A stretch of 41,326 nt of DNA from a virus (taxonomy: Duplodnaviria > Heunggongvirae > Uroviricota > Caudoviricetes), in the IMG/VR virus record IMGVR_UViG_2718218397_000001. One strand, given 5' to 3'. The position numbers were made by a program, and so were the translations under genes. The notes beneath the pieces were generated by a model. The model worked only from the letters and a program-made list of their open reading frames with translations, was not told the DNA's origin and ran no database searches. Numbering within the stretch: position 1 is the first letter of the stretch; each line of letters opens with the position of its first letter. Of this stretch, positions 8,488 through 20,056 are shown piece by piece.

Positions 8488-8814
8488 TCAAATAAGTGGT
8501 TTGCTGCCTAATTTCATTTTCTGGCGACCAACACAAGTCACACCCATTTCACTGCGTGGCTTGCTGTACCATGTGCGCTGATTCTTGCGCTCAATACGTT
8601 GCAGGTTGCTTTCAATCTGTTCGTGGTATTCAGCCAGTACCGTAAGGTCTATCGGATTCAGTGCGCTTTCTACTCGTGATTTCGGTTTGCGATTCAGCGA
8701 GAGAATAGGGCGGTTAACCGGTTTTGCGCTTACCCCAACCAACAGGGGATTTGCTGCTTTCCATTGAGCCTGTTTCTCTGCGCGACGTTCGCGGCGGCGT
8801 GTTTGTGCATCCAT
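8488..8814 (-). CDS. N: Antiterminator N (lambda type)
   Basis: 108-aa product matches lambda N (MDAQTRRRERRAEKQAQWKAANPLL...) from recall. Confidence 0.9.
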   Translation of the reverse strand: MDAQTRRRERRAEKQAQWKAANPLLVGVSAKPVNRPILSLNRKPKSRVESALNPIDLTVLAEYHEQIESNLQRIERKNQRTWYSKPRSEMGVTCVGRQKMKLGSKPLI

Positions 8815-9082
8815 CTGGATTCTCCTGTCAGTTAGCTTTGGTGGTGTGGTGGCTGGTAGTCTAGCTCCAGCTTGTTGAGTCTCATTCGGAGGGGTATAAC
8901 CGGCACCCCAGCGATTTTTCCATGCGACAACGTGCGCGTTATGGCGGCCTTATCGCCCGCGGCTCCCCATCTCGTCCACGCTATTGCTAGCGTTGGGAGC
9001 GCTTCACCGCTCAACAGTAGGTAAGCACTTGCCAGTGACTAGCTGGCTTCACCACACCCCAAAGCCTTCTGCTTTGAATGCT

Positions 9083-9112
9083 GCCCTTCTTCAGGGCTTA
9101 ATTTTTAAGAGC
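9083..9112 (-). promoter_or_regulatory. nutL (boxA GCTCTTAAA and boxB GCCCTGAAGAAGGGC on minus strand)
   Basis: Matches the lambda nutL boxA/boxB hairpin motif. Confidence 0.75.
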
Positions 9113-9157
9113 CTCACCTTCATGGTGGTCAGTGCGTCCTGCTGATGGCTTAAAATT

Positions 9158-9225
9158 ACAAGAAAGATTGTATATTGTAAACAAGAAATATTGTAAAAAT
9201 GGGCGTGAAAAACAAACTCCATTGT
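9158..9225 (-). promoter_or_regulatory. OL operator cluster (three 14-bp 434-type sites ACAA-N6-TTGT) with pL
   Basis: acaagaaagattgt, acaagaaatattgt, acaaactccattgt. Confidence 0.7.
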
Positions 9226-9275
9226 TTTTAAACGGAAAATAGTTTGTTTTTTGGTTGTCGAAATTGAGGTGAGGA

Positions 9276-10628
<1,353 letters not shown>

Positions 10629-10636
10629 GACATTCC

Positions 10637-10668
10637 CGCTCTTACACATCCCAGCCCTGAAAAAGGGC
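10637..10668 (+). promoter_or_regulatory. nutR (boxA CGCTCTTACA, boxB GCCCTGAAAAAGGGC), lambda type
   Basis: Sequence motif match to lambda nutR. Confidence 0.8.
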
Positions 10669-10747
10669 ATCAAATTAAACCACACCTATGGTGTATGCAT
10701 TTATTTGCATACATTCAATCAATTGTTATCTAAGGAAATACTTACAT

Positions 10748-11026
10748 ATGCAACTTACAAGTACTCGCAAGAAAGCGAATGCAATTACAAGCAACATCCT
10801 GAATCGAATTGCTGTACGTGGTCAGCGAAAGGTTGCCGACGCGTTAGGGATTAATGAATCGCAAATTTCGCGATGGAAAGACAGCTTCATCCCAAAAATG
10901 GGAATGCTTCTGGCTGTTCTTGAATGGGGTGTTGAAGACGAGGAGTTGGCGGAGCTGGCTAAGAAAGTAGCCAGAATGCTGACAAAAGAAAAAGCCCCGA
11001 AGAACGGCGAATTCTTCGAGGCCTGA
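10748..11026 (+). CDS. cII: CII-like transcriptional activator
   Basis: 92-aa product with conserved SQISRWK..MLLAVLEWGV core; lambda-like cII leader upstream. Confidence 0.75.
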   Translation: MQLTSTRKKANAITSNILNRIAVRGQRKVADALGINESQISRWKDSFIPKMGMLLAVLEWGVEDEELAELAKKVARMLTKEKAPKNGEFFEA

Positions 11027-11060
11027 TGTAGAAAGACTGGATCAATCCACAGGAGTAATT

Positions 11061-11222
11061 ATGACAAAACGTCGTAAGAAATACCAGGAAAAAGAAGAGA
11101 TTCGACACCCTGATTCACCTGAGGGATTAGTGGTAGCCGCAGCAAATAACAGGGCGTTCGCAGAGCGCCTTGTTGGTGTTTACAGACTAGCCAAAGCAGG
11201 AGTGAAACATGGGCGTCGTTAA
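11061..11222 (+). CDS. Hypothetical small basic protein (53 aa)
   Basis: Hand-read ORF with aggagt SD between cII and the replication initiator. Confidence 0.3.
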   Translation: MTKRRKKYQEKEEIRHPDSPEGLVVAAANNRAFAERLVGVYRLAKAGVKHGRR

Positions 11223-11271
11223 GTTAGCTGATTACAGGCATAACCCTGTACAACATCAGGAGGCATCCAGT

Positions 11272-12099
11272 ATGGGGTATGTCTCTATACACCGCCAGTT
11301 TATGGACAGCAGGCTCTATAAGGACTCTCAGGCAGTACATCTTTGGCTTCACTTAATCCTCAAGGCTAATCACGAATCTACTGTCGTCAATACGGATATC
11401 GGTCCGATAACTGTTGATCGCGGGCAGATGATAACTGGACGCCCGTCGCTGGTCAGAGAAACATTCATCCCCGACAACAAAGTTCGGAGCTTATTACGGA
11501 CTTTTGAGTCGAAAGGGATGCTTAATATTTGCTCGATGGGGAAGAAATTTAGCCTGTTTACAATCGTTAAATATGACGATTTTCAGGCAAAAAATTGTCC
11601 AACAGTTGTCCAACGGTTGTCCAACGCAAACACCAGTAATGGCGCGGCTCTCAGCGGAGATTGTCCAACGGCTGTCCAACGGTTGTCCATAAACAATAAT
11701 ATAAATAATATCTCTAATACTGACGTATTAGAGAGTGCCACAGCAGACAAAAAGTCTGACAAGAAAAAACCTTCCGTTAGCTGTCAGGATGTTGTCGATG
11801 CTTACCACGAAATCCTTCCTGAAGCGCCAAGAATCCGCGCACTGAATGACAAGCGTAAAAACCAGATCCGAACGTTCTGGCGCAAAGCCGGAGTGATAAC
11901 CCGCCAGCTTGACGGGCATGGGTTCACGATGCAGGACTGGAGAAATTATTTGAGCTACGTAGGCGAAAATTGCCGATGGATGTTCGAAGAGCGCCCAAAC
12001 CATCAGCGCGGAACCGTCTGGCACAAAAAGGGATTTGATTTCCTGCTTAACGATAATACCTACCTGAAAGTTCGTGAGGGTGAACACGATGACCGATAA
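11272..12099 (+). CDS. Replication initiator (lambda O / P22 gp18 functional analogue) containing ori iterons
   Basis: ORF 11209..12099; internal Met at 11272 has an aggagg SD; iterons inside the coding region. Confidence 0.65.
   Translation: MGYVSIHRQFMDSRLYKDSQAVHLWLHLILKANHESTVVNTDIGPITVDRGQMITGRPSLVRETFIPDNKVRSLLRTFESKGMLNICSMGKKFSLFTIVKYDDFQAKNCPTVVQRLSNANTSNGAALSGDCPTAVQRLSINNNINNISNTDVLESATADKKSDKKKPSVSCQDVVDAYHEILPEAPRIRALNDKRKNQIRTFWRKAGVITRQLDGHGFTMQDWRNYLSYVGENCRWMFEERPNHQRGTVWHKKGFDFLLNDNTYLKVREGEHDDR
11594..11690 (+). repeat. Origin iterons: six copies of TGTCCAAC(A/G)G in two clusters, followed by AT-rich stretch
   Basis: ttgtccaacagttgtccaacggttgtccaacg and ttgtccaacggctgtccaacggttgtccat. 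Confidence 0.8.
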
Positions 12100-13525
12100 T
12101 TTTTATGCGCCGCCCCATAGCATCGAGGCAGAGCAGGCGGTGATTGGTGGATTGCTTCTGGATGATGACAGCAGTGAGCGCGTCCAGAAAGTTCTGGCGA
12201 TGCTGAAGCCTGATTCATTTTACAGCCGACCACACAAAATCATTTTCGAAGAAATAACCAGAATGCACCGTGAGCAAAAGCCAGTAGATGGCCTGACGCT
12301 TTTCGATGAACTGGAGCGTAAATCGTTAACGGCGTCTGTTGGCGGTTTTGCTTATATCGCTGAGATCGCAAAGAACACGCCAAGCGCAGCAAACATCGTT
12401 GCCTATGCAATGCAGGTTCGTGAAACCGCAATGGAACGCTACGCCATCAACCGCATGACTGAAGCGACGGAATTGCTCTATTCCCGCAACGGAATGACTG
12501 CAACGCAGAAGTACGAAGCTATTCAGTCGATTTTCACGCAACTGACAGACCATGCAAAAACCGGATCGCGTCGCGGCCTTCGCTCATTTGGTGAGGTCAT
12601 GGAAGACTGGGTTAGCGACCTTGAGAAGCGATTTGACCCGTCAGGCGAACAACGAGGAATGAGCACAGGGATCCCATCGCTGGACAGGATGCTGTCACCG
12701 AAAGGTCTGGTGAAAGGCTCTCTGTTTGTCATTGGCGCTCGCCCTAAGATGGGGAAAACGACGCTATACAGCCAGATGGCAATCAACTGCGCAGTGCATG
12801 AGAAAAAGCCCGCTCTGATGTTCAGCCTTGAAATGCCCGGTGACCAGATACTGGAAAAACTGGTAGGACAGAAGTCAGGTGTTAACCCGAATATTTTTTA
12901 CCTTCCGGCGACAAATGACGCTGATGACGGCTATCAGGGTGATTACGATGGTGACTTCAACAGGGCGATCGAAACAGCTAATCGCTTGAGTGAAATCGAC
13001 ATGCTTTACATCGACGACACGCCGGGATTATCTCTGGCTCAAATCGTCAGCGAAAGCCGTCGAATCAAGCGAGAAAAAGGATGTGTTGGCATGATTCTGG
13101 TCGATTACCTGACACTAATGACCGCTGAAAAGGCCGATCGCAACGACCTTGCTTACGGCATGATCACCAAAGGACTGAAGAACCTTGCCAAAGAGCTTGA
13201 TTGCGTTGTTGTGCTTCTGACACAGCTTAACCGCGCACTGGAAAGCCGAACCAATAAACGCCCATTACCAAGTGACTCACGAGATACAGGGCAGATTGAA
13301 CAGGATTGCGATTATTGGGTGGGGATCCATCGTGAAGGTGCTTTTGATGACAGCGTTCCTCCTGGTGAAACCGAACTAATCCTTCGCCTCAATCGTCATG
13401 GCAATACCGGCACGGTGTATTGCATTCAGGCAAATGGCGCTATTTATGACACAGACCAACAGTCTGCTGAAATGCGCCGCCGTGAACGTGAGGAACCGCA
13501 GTCCAAGAAGAAAGGAGGATTCTGA
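12074..13525 (+). CDS. Replicative DNA helicase (DnaB family, P22 gene 12-like)
   Basis: 483-aa ORF with Walker A GARPKMGKTT and DnaB-like N-terminus. Confidence 0.85.
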   Translation: MRVNTMTDNFYAPPHSIEAEQAVIGGLLLDDDSSERVQKVLAMLKPDSFYSRPHKIIFEEITRMHREQKPVDGLTLFDELERKSLTASVGGFAYIAEIAKNTPSAANIVAYAMQVRETAMERYAINRMTEATELLYSRNGMTATQKYEAIQSIFTQLTDHAKTGSRRGLRSFGEVMEDWVSDLEKRFDPSGEQRGMSTGIPSLDRMLSPKGLVKGSLFVIGARPKMGKTTLYSQMAINCAVHEKKPALMFSLEMPGDQILEKLVGQKSGVNPNIFYLPATNDADDGYQGDYDGDFNRAIETANRLSEIDMLYIDDTPGLSLAQIVSESRRIKREKGCVGMILVDYLTLMTAEKADRNDLAYGMITKGLKNLAKELDCVVVLLTQLNRALESRTNKRPLPSDSRDTGQIEQDCDYWVGIHREGAFDDSVPPGETELILRLNRHGNTGTVYCIQANGAIYDTDQQSAEMRRREREEPQSKKKGGF

Positions 13526-13552
13526 TGACCATCTACATCACTGAGCTAATAA

Positions 13553-13583
13553 CAGGCCTGCTGGTAATCGCAGGCCTTTTTAT
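13553..13583 (+). terminator. Intrinsic terminator (tR2-like) between helicase and ninB
   Basis: aggcctgc-tggtaatc-gcaggcct hairpin followed by ttttatttg. Confidence 0.55.
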
Positions 13584-13601
13584 TTGGGGGAGAGGGAAGT
13601 C

Positions 13602-14042
13602 ATGAAAAAACTAACCTTTGAAATTCGATCTCCAGCACATCAGCAAAACGCTATTCACGCAGTACAGCAAATCCTTCCAGACACAACCAAACCAATCGTA
13701 GTAACCATTCAGGAGCGCAACCGCAGCTTAGACCAGAATCGGAAGCTTTGGGCTTGCCTTGGTGACGTCTCTCGTCAGGTTGAATGGCATGGTCGCTGGC
13801 TGGATGCAGAAAGCTGGAAGTGTGTGTTTACCGCAGCATTAAAGCAGCAGGACGTTGTTCCTAACCTTGCCGGGAATGGCTTTGTGGTAATAGGCCAGTC
13901 AACCAGCAGGATGCGTGTAAGCGAATTTGCGGAGCTATTAGAGCTTATACAGGCATTCGGTACAGAGCGTGGCGTTAAGTGGTCAGACGAAGCGAGACTG
14001 GCTCTGGAGTGGAAAGCGAGATGGGGAGATCGGGCTGCATGA
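13602..14042 (+). CDS. ninB: NinB (Orf family recombination mediator)
   Basis: Product MKKLTFEIRSPAHQQNAIHAVQQILPD... matches lambda NinB from recall. Confidence 0.85.
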   Translation: MKKLTFEIRSPAHQQNAIHAVQQILPDTTKPIVVTIQERNRSLDQNRKLWACLGDVSRQVEWHGRWLDAESWKCVFTAALKQQDVVPNLAGNGFVVIGQSTSRMRVSEFAELLELIQAFGTERGVKWSDEARLALEWKARWGDRAA

Positions 14043-14911
14043 TAAATGTCGTTAGTTTCTCCGGTGGCAGGACGTCAGCATATTTGCTCTGGCTAATGGA
14101 GCAAAAGCGACTGGCAGGTAAAGACGTGCATTACGTTTTCATGGATACAGGTTGTGAACATCCAATGACATATCGGTTTGTCAGGGAAGTTGTGAAGTTC
14201 TGGGATATACCGCTCACCGTATTGCAGGTTGATATCAACCCGGAGCTTGGACAGCCAAATGGTTATACGGTATGGGAACCAAAGGATATTCAGACGCGAA
14301 TGCCTGTTCTGAAGCCATTTATCGATATGGTAAAGAAATATGGCACTCCATACGTCGGCGGCGCGTTCTGCACTGACAGATTAAAACTCGTTCCCTTCAC
14401 CAAATACTGTGATGACCATTTCGGGCGAGGGAATTACACCACGTGGATTGGCATCAGAGCTGATGAACCGAAGCGGCTAAAGCCAAAGCCTGGAATCAGA
14501 TATCTTGCTGAACTGTCAGACTTTGAGAAGGAAGATATCCTCGCATGGTGGAAGCAACAACCATTCGATTTGCAAATACCGGAACATCTCGGTAACTGCA
14601 TATTCTGCATTAAAAAATCAACGCAAAAAATCGGACTTGCCTGCAAAGATGAGGAGGGATTGCAGCGTGTTTTTAATGAGGTCATCACGGGATCCCATGT
14701 GCGTGACGGACATCGGGAAACGCCAAAGGAGATTATGTACCGAGGAAGAATGTCGCTGGACGGTATCGCGAAAATGTATTCAGAAAATGATTATCAAGCC
14801 CTGTATCAGGACATGGTACGAGCTAAAAGATTCGATACCGGCTCTTGTTCTGAGTCATGCGAAATATTTGGAGGGCAGCTTGATTTCGACTTCGGGAGGG
14901 AAGCTGCATGA
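14039..14911 (+). CDS. ninC: NinC-like protein (PAPS-reductase-like fold, 290 aa)
   Basis: 290 aa as lambda orf-290; SFSGGRTS P-loop-like motif; ATGA overlap with ninB. Confidence 0.65.
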   Translation: MINVVSFSGGRTSAYLLWLMEQKRLAGKDVHYVFMDTGCEHPMTYRFVREVVKFWDIPLTVLQVDINPELGQPNGYTVWEPKDIQTRMPVLKPFIDMVKKYGTPYVGGAFCTDRLKLVPFTKYCDDHFGRGNYTTWIGIRADEPKRLKPKPGIRYLAELSDFEKEDILAWWKQQPFDLQIPEHLGNCIFCIKKSTQKIGLACKDEEGLQRVFNEVITGSHVRDGHRETPKEIMYRGRMSLDGIAKMYSENDYQALYQDMVRAKRFDTGSCSESCEIFGGQLDFDFGREAA

Positions 14912-15081
14912 TGCGATGTTATCGGTGCGGTGAATGCAAAGAAGATAACCGCTTCCGACCAAATCAACCTTACTGGAATCGATGGTGTCTCCGGTGTGAA
15001 AGAACACCAACAGGGGTGTTACCACTACCGCAGGAAAAGGAGGACGTGTGGCGAGACAGCGACGAAGTATCACCGACATAA
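14908..15081 (+). CDS. ninD: NinD (Cys-rich, 57 aa)
   Basis: Hand-read [16 protein letters not shown]...; size and position as lambda NinD. Confidence 0.6.
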   Translation: MMRCYRCGECKEDNRFRPNQPYWNRWCLRCERTPTGVLPLPQEKEDVWRDSDEVSPT

Positions 15082-15224
15082 TCTGCGAAAACTGCAAATA
15101 CCTTCCAACGAAACGCACCAGAAATAAACCCAAGCCAATCCCAAAAGAATCTGACGTAAAAACCTTCAACTACACGGCTCACCTGTGGGATATCCGGTGG
15201 CTAAGACATCGTGCGAGGAAATAA
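15048..15224 (+). CDS. ninE: NinE (58 aa, GTG start)
   Basis: Hand-read (V)[57 protein letters not shown] matches recalled lambda NinE. Confidence 0.7.
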   Translation: MARQRRSITDIICENCKYLPTKRTRNKPKPIPKESDVKTFNYTAHLWDIRWLRHRARK

Positions 15225-15226
15225 CA

Positions 15227-15628
15227 ATGCTTTTAATTCAACCTGGATTTGGCCTTAGCATCAAAAAAGGGCACATGTTTGGCGAGAAAGAGTCTCAACG
15301 AAAAATGGTGTCGATACAGTTGCCATTTATCAGTATTTATTGGCTAAACAGGGAGGCAACAAATTATTGGTATACATGCGCCAGAGCAGCATTTAACGAC
15401 CCTGACTGGTTTGTGAAAAACCACCACGCAGTTCGTCAGGCAAAGAGAAAGGCCAATACGACATACATGAAGGCGTATCGAAAAGCATGGAAAGAACACC
15501 GCGATCGATACCAACAAGACATGGAAAAGCTTGAATCAGAAAACATGGAATTAAGACGAAAGCTTGGTGAAGCAAAACGAGACATTGATGCTTACAAGCG
15601 ACTTTTTAATGGTGAAAGCCATGCTTAG
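15227..15628 (+). CDS. Hypothetical protein inserted between ninE and ninF (possible NinX analogue)
   Basis: ORF 15185..15628; probable start MLLIQPG at 15227; basic coiled-coil C-terminus. Confidence 0.45.
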   Translation: MLLIQPGFGLSIKKGHMFGEKESQRKMVSIQLPFISIYWLNREATNYWYTCARAAFNDPDWFVKNHHAVRQAKRKANTTYMKAYRKAWKEHRDRYQQDMEKLESENMELRRKLGEAKRDIDAYKRLFNGESHA

Positions 15629-15797
15629 TCCATCCCAATCCCTTCAATACCAGAAAGAAAGCGTCGAGCGGGCTTTAACGTGCGCTAACTGCGGTCAAAA
15701 GCTGCATGTGCTGGAAGTTCACGTGTGTGAGCACTGCTGTGCAGAACTGATGAGCGATCCGAATAGCTCAATGTACGAGGAAGAAGACGATGAGTGA
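15621..15797 (+). CDS. ninF: NinF (58 aa)
   Basis: MLSPSQSLQYQKESVERALTCANCGQKLHVLEVHVCEHCCAELMSDPNSSM matches recalled lambda NinF. Confidence 0.8.
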   Translation: MLSPSQSLQYQKESVERALTCANCGQKLHVLEVHVCEHCCAELMSDPNSSMYEEEDDE

Positions 15798-16059
15798 TTT
15801 CTCTGAGCTTATTTCCTTCAAAAAAGACAGAGAAGAAATGCGGACTGAATCTGTCTATTACGTTCAACACCGGAATAAACGCTCGGTGCTTGATCAGGAG
15901 CTGGTTATTACCGGAGACCTGGCATTCAGAACATATAAGGCCAGCATGGAAATGAAGGATTTCCCTAAATGTGGTTCTGAAAGAGAAGCCGCGTTAAAGC
16001 TGGCAGAGTGGATGCAGAGAATGGCTGCTGCAATTGAGAATTACTGGAGCGAACCATAA
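15790..16059 (+). CDS. Hypothetical protein (89 aa) inserted between ninF and ninG
   Basis: ORF with overlapping start/stop coupling to neighbours; no family recognised. Confidence 0.45.
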   Translation: MSDFSELISFKKDREEMRTESVYYVQHRNKRSVLDQELVITGDLAFRTYKASMEMKDFPKCGSEREAALKLAEWMQRMAAAIENYWSEP

Positions 16060-16670
16060 TGGCTAAACCAGCGCGAAGACGATGTAAAAACGAAGAATGT
16101 CGGGAATGGTTTCACCCTGCATTCGCTAATCAGTGGTGGTGCTCTCCAGAGTGTGGAACAAAGATAGCACTCGAACGACGAAGCAAAGAACGCGAAAAAG
16201 CGGAAAAAGCAGCAGAGAAGAAACGGCGACGAGAGGAGCAGAAACAGAAAGATAAACTTAAGATTCGAAAACTCGCCTTAAAGCCCCGCAGTTACTGGAT
16301 TAAACAAGCCCAACAAGCCGTAAACGCCTTCATCAGAGAAAGAGACCGCGACTTACCATGTATCTCGTGCGGAACGCTCACGTCTGCTCAGTGGGATGCC
16401 GGACATTACCGGACAACTGCTGCGGCACCTCAACTCCGATTTGATGAACGCAATATTCACAAGCAATGCGTGGTGTGCAACCAGCACAAAAGCGGAAATC
16501 TCGTTCCGTATCGCGTCGAACTGATTAACCGCATCGGGCAGGAAGCAGTAGACGAAATCGAATCAAACCATAGCCGCCATCGCTGGACTATCGAAGAGTG
16601 CAAGGCGATCAAGGCAGAGTACCAACAGAAACTCAAAGACCTGCGAAATAGCAGAAGTGAGGCCGCATGA
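16059..16670 (+). CDS. ninG: NinG/Rap-like recombination-associated endonuclease
   Basis: 203 aa, Cys-rich HNH-like region; size and position as lambda NinG. Confidence 0.8.
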   Translation: MAKPARRRCKNEECREWFHPAFANQWWCSPECGTKIALERRSKEREKAEKAAEKKRRREEQKQKDKLKIRKLALKPRSYWIKQAQQAVNAFIRERDRDLPCISCGTLTSAQWDAGHYRTTAAAPQLRFDERNIHKQCVVCNQHKSGNLVPYRVELINRIGQEAVDEIESNHSRHRWTIEECKAIKAEYQQKLKDLRNSRSEAA

Positions 16671-16873
16671 CGTTCTCAGTAAAAACCATTCCAGACATGC
16701 TCGTTGAAGCATACGGAAACCAGACAGAAGTAGCACGCAGACTGAAATGTAGTCGCGGTACGGTCAGAAAATACGTTGATGATAAAGACGGGAAAATGCA
16801 CGCCATCGTCAACGACGTTCTCATGGTTCATCGCGGATGGAGTGAAAGAGATGCGCTATTACGAAAGAATTGA
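16667..16873 (+). CDS. ninH: NinH (68 aa)
   Basis: [37 protein letters not shown]... HTH-like, as lambda NinH. Confidence 0.75.
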   Translation: MTFSVKTIPDMLVEAYGNQTEVARRLKCSRGTVRKYVDDKDGKMHAIVNDVLMVHRGWSERDALLRKN

Positions 16874-17516
16874 TGGCAGCAAATACCGAAATATTTGGGT
16901 AGCTGGCGACCTGCACGGATGCTACACGAACCTGATGAACAAACTGGATACGATTGGATTCGACAACAAAAAAGACCTGCTCATCTCGGTTGGCGATTTG
17001 GTTGATCGCGGTACAGAGAACGTCGAATGTCTGGAATTAATCACATTCCCCTGGTTCAGAGCTGTACGTGGAAACCATGAGCAAATGATGATTGATGGCT
17101 TATCAGAGCGTGGAAACGTCAATCACTGGCTGTTTAATGGCGGTGGCTGGTTCTTTAATCTCGATTACGACAAAGAAATTCTGGCTAAAGCTCTTGCCCA
17201 TAAAGCAGATGAACTTCCGTTAATCATTGAACTGGTGAGTAAAGGTAAAAAATATGTCATCTGTCACGCCGATTATCCTTGTGACGAATACGAGTTTGGA
17301 AAGCCAGTTGATCATCAGCAGGTAATCTGGAACCGCGAACGAATCAGCAACTCACAAGACGGGATCGTGAAAGAAATCAAAGGCGCGGACACGTTCATCT
17401 TTGGTCATACGCCAGCAGTGAAACCACTCAAGTTTGCCAACCAGATGTATATCGATACCGGCGCAGTGTTCTGCGGAAACCTCACATTGATTCAGGTACA
17501 GGGAGAAGGCGCATGA
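16851..17516 (+). CDS. ninI: Ser/Thr protein phosphatase (lambda NinI-like, 221 aa)
   Basis: GDLHG, GDLVDRG, GNHE metallophosphatase motifs; internal start at 16851. Confidence 0.85.
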   Translation: MRYYERIDGSKYRNIWVAGDLHGCYTNLMNKLDTIGFDNKKDLLISVGDLVDRGTENVECLELITFPWFRAVRGNHEQMMIDGLSERGNVNHWLFNGGGWFFNLDYDKEILAKALAHKADELPLIIELVSKGKKYVICHADYPCDEYEFGKPVDHQQVIWNRERISNSQDGIVKEIKGADTFIFGHTPAVKPLKFANQMYIDTGAVFCGNLTLIQVQGEGA

Positions 17517-18136
17517 GACTCGAAAGCGTAGCTAAATTTCATTCGCCAAAAAGCCCGATGATGAGCGACTCACCACGGGCTACGGCTTCTGACTCTCTTT
17601 CCGGTACTGATGTGATGGCTGCTATGGGGATGGCGCAATCACAAGCCGGATTCGGAATGGCTGCATTCTGTGGTAAGCACGAACTCAGCCAGAATGACAA
17701 ACAAAAGGCTATCAACTATCTGATGCAATTTGCACACAAGGTATCGGGGAAATACCGTGGCGTTGCAAAGCTTGAAGGAAATACTAAGGCAAAGGTACTG
17801 CAAGTGCTCGCAACATTCGCTTATGCGGATTATTGCCGTAGTGCCGCGACGCCGGGTGCAAGATGCAGAGATTGCCACGGTACAGGCCGTGCGGTTGATA
17901 TAGCAAAAACAGAGCAGTGGGGGAGAGTTGTTGAGAAAGAGTGCGGAAGATGCAAAGGTGTCGGCTATTCAAGAATGCCAGCAAGCGCCGCATATCGCGC
18001 TGTAACGATGCTAATCCCAAACCTTACTCAACCCACCTGGTCACGCACTGTTAAGCCGCTGTATGACGCTCTGGTGGTGCAATGCCACAAAGAAGAGTCA
18101 ATCGCAGACAACATTTTGAATGCGGTCACACGTTAG
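17513..18136 (+). CDS. Q: Late antiterminator Q (lambda type)
   Basis: 207 aa, [26 protein letters not shown]... matches lambda Q from recall. Confidence 0.9.
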   Translation: MRLESVAKFHSPKSPMMSDSPRATASDSLSGTDVMAAMGMAQSQAGFGMAAFCGKHELSQNDKQKAINYLMQFAHKVSGKYRGVAKLEGNTKAKVLQVLATFAYADYCRSAATPGARCRDCHGTGRAVDIAKTEQWGRVVEKECGRCKGVGYSRMPASAAYRAVTMLIPNLTQPTWSRTVKPLYDALVVQCHKEESIADNILNAVTR

Positions 18137-18178
18137 CAGCATGATTGCCACGGATGGCAACATATTAACGGCATAATA

Positions 18179-18208
18179 TTGACTTTTTGAATAAAGTTGG
18201 GTAAATTT
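18179..18208 (+). promoter_or_regulatory. Late promoter pR' (ttgact ... taaatt) with qut region
   Basis: Near-identity to recalled lambda pR' sequence. Confidence 0.7.
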
Positions 18209-18350
18209 GACCAAACAATGGGGCAATTCGCTCGTTGTGGTAGTGAGGTAAAAAGAGGCGGCGCTTACTACCGATTCCGCCTAGTTGGTCACTTCGACGT
18301 ATCGTCTGGAACTCCAACCATAGCAGGCTGAGAGGTCTGCAAAATGCAAT

Positions 18351-18408
18351 CCCGAAACAGTTCGCAGGTAATAGTTAGAGCCTGCACAACGGTTTCGGGA
18401 TTTTTTAT
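18351..18408 (+). terminator. tR' terminator (6S RNA 3' end)
   Basis: cccgaaac...gtttcggg hairpin followed by tttttt, as in lambda. Confidence 0.7.
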
Positions 18409-18410
18409 TT

Positions 18411-18485
18411 GGGTCAGTCGTATAAAGGTCATTACGGAAGGCTGTTAACCTTCTTATCGTGGTTCGAGTCCACGCTGTCCCGCCA
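18411..18485 (+). tRNA. tRNA-like gene, anticodon GUU (Asn) by manual folding; two stem mismatches
   Basis: Cloverleaf folds by hand: anticodon loop CUGUUAA, T-arm cgtgg-TTCGAGT-ccacg, 3' CCA; U-U mismatch in acceptor stem. Confidence 0.5.
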
Positions 18486-18490
18486 AATAT

Positions 18491-18566
18491 GCTGGTTTAG
18501 CTCCAATGGTAGAGCAGTCGCCTTGTAAGCGAATGGGTAGCGGTTCAAGTCCGTTAACCAGCACCA
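18491..18566 (+). tRNA. tRNA-Thr (anticodon UGU) by manual folding
   Basis: Perfect 7-bp acceptor stem, D-arm gctc/gagc, anticodon loop CUUGUAA, T-loop TTCAAGT, encoded CCA. Confidence 0.6.
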
Positions 18567-18808
18567 TAACTGAGCCGTAGCCACTGGCTATCCTGAATTC
18601 ATCAGTGATAGTTACGCTGCGGCCTTCTACACATGATCTTCGTGAAAGCGGGTAGCAAGAAGTTGCGCTAACAACCTCCTGCCGTTTTGCCCGTGCATAT
18701 CGGTCACGAACAAATCTGATTACTAAACACAGTAGCCTGGATTTGTTCTATCAGTAATCGACCTTATTCCTAATTAAATAGAGCAAATCCCCTTATTGGG
18801 GGTAAGAC

Positions 18809-19132
18809 ATGAAGATGCCAGAAAAACATGACCTGTTAGCCGCCATTCTCGCGGCAAAGGAACAAGGCATCGGGGCAATCCTTGCGTTTGCAATGGCGTA
18901 CCTTCGCGGCAGATATAATGGCGGTGCGTTTACAAAAACAGTAATCGACGCAACGATGTGCGCCATTATCGCCTGGTTCATTCGTGACCTTCTCGACTTC
19001 GCCGGACTAAGTAGCAATCTCGCTTATATAACGAGCGTGTTTATCGGCTACATCGGTACTGACTCGATTGGTTCGCTTATCAAACGCTTCGCTGCTAAAA
19101 AAGCCGGAGTAGAAGATGGTGGAAATCAATAA
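18809..19132 (+). CDS. S: Holin S (lambda type, dual-start)
   Basis: 107 aa [34 protein letters not shown]... matches lambda S. Confidence 0.9.
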   Translation: MKMPEKHDLLAAILAAKEQGIGAILAFAMAYLRGRYNGGAFTKTVIDATMCAIIAWFIRDLLDFAGLSSNLAYITSVFIGYIGTDSIGSLIKRFAAKKAGVEDGGNQ

Positions 19133-19592
19133 TCAACGTAAGGCGTTCCTCGATATGCTGGCGTGGTCAGAGGGAACTGATAACGGACGTCAAAAAACCA
19201 GAAATCATGGTTATGACGTCATTGTTGGCGGAGAGCTATTCACTGATTACTCCGATCACCCTCGCAAACTTGTCACGCTAAACCCCAAACTCAAATCAAC
19301 AGCAGCCGGACGTTACCAGCTTCTTTCCCGTTGGTGGGATGCCTATCGCAATCAGCTTGGCCTGAAAGACTTCTCTCCGAAAAGCCAGGACGCTGTGGCG
19401 CTGCAACAGATTAAAGAACGTGGCGCTTTACCGATGATTGATCGCGGTGATATTCGTCAGGCTATCGACCGTTGCAGCAATATCTGGGCTTCACTGCCGG
19501 GGGCTGGTTATGGTCAGTTCGAGCATAAGGCTGACAACCTGATTGCAAAATTCAAAGAGGCTGGCGGAACGGTCAGAGAGATTGAGGTATGA
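19116..19592 (+). CDS. R: Endolysin R (lytic transglycosylase, lambda type)
   Basis: 158 aa matching recalled lambda R. Confidence 0.9.
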   Translation: MVEINNQRKAFLDMLAWSEGTDNGRQKTRNHGYDVIVGGELFTDYSDHPRKLVTLNPKLKSTAAGRYQLLSRWWDAYRNQLGLKDFSPKSQDAVALQQIKERGALPMIDRGDIRQAIDRCSNIWASLPGAGYGQFEHKADNLIAKFKEAGGTVREIEV

Positions 19593-20056
19593 GCAGAGTA
19601 ACCGCGATTATCTCCGCTCTGGTTATCTGCATCATCGTTTGCCTGTCATGGGCTGTTAATCACTACCGTGATAACGCCATCGCCTACAAAGAACAGCGAG
19701 ATAAAAAAGTCAGTGAGCTGAAGCAGGCGACCGCCACCATTACTGACATGCAGCAACGCCAGCGTGCTGCTGATGCACTCGATGCTAAATACACGAAGGA
19801 GTTAGCTGATGCGAAAGCTGAAAATGATGCTCTTCGGCGCAAGCTTGATAATGGTGGCAGGGTGCTCGTCAAAGGAAAATGCCCTGTGCCATCCTCAGCC
19901 GAAACCTCCGGCGCCTCCGGCATGGGCAATGATGCCACCGTCGAACTCTCTCCAGTTGCTGGACGAAACGTTCTCGGTGTCCGGGACGGAATTATCCGCG
20001 ACCAAACAGCACTGAGAACGCTTCAGGAATACATCAGGACGCAATGCCTTCGATGA
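19589..20056 (+). CDS. Rz: Spanin inner-membrane subunit Rz
   Basis: 155 aa, N-terminal TM then coiled coil; position after R. Confidence 0.85.
   Translation: MSRVTAIISALVICIIVCLSWAVNHYRDNAIAYKEQRDKKVSELKQATATITDMQQRQRAADALDAKYTKELADAKAENDALRRKLDNGGRVLVKGKCPVPSSAETSGASGMGNDATVELSPVAGRNVLGVRDGIIRDQTALRTLQEYIRTQCLR
19809..20015 (+). CDS. Rz1: Spanin outer-membrane lipoprotein Rz1 (embedded in Rz, +1 frame)
   Basis: Lipobox VAGC and Pro-rich mature region, fully embedded in Rz. Confidence 0.75.
   Translation: MRKLKMMLFGASLIMVAGCSSKENALCHPQPKPPAPPAWAMMPPSNSLQLLDETFSVSGTELSATKQH

Noticed and set aside
8832-9014. Plus-strand 60-aa ORF between N and OL
   Set aside because: Lies in the pL-N leader that contains nutL, antisense to pL transcription, no SD; most likely spurious.
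13525-13605. 26-aa hydrophobic peptide ORF (MTIYITELITGLLVIAGLFIWGRGKS) with a strong SD between helicase and ninB
   Set aside because: The hydrophobic core is the translation of the GC-rich terminator hairpin at 13553..13583; more likely a terminator than a gene, though a small membrane peptide cannot be excluded.
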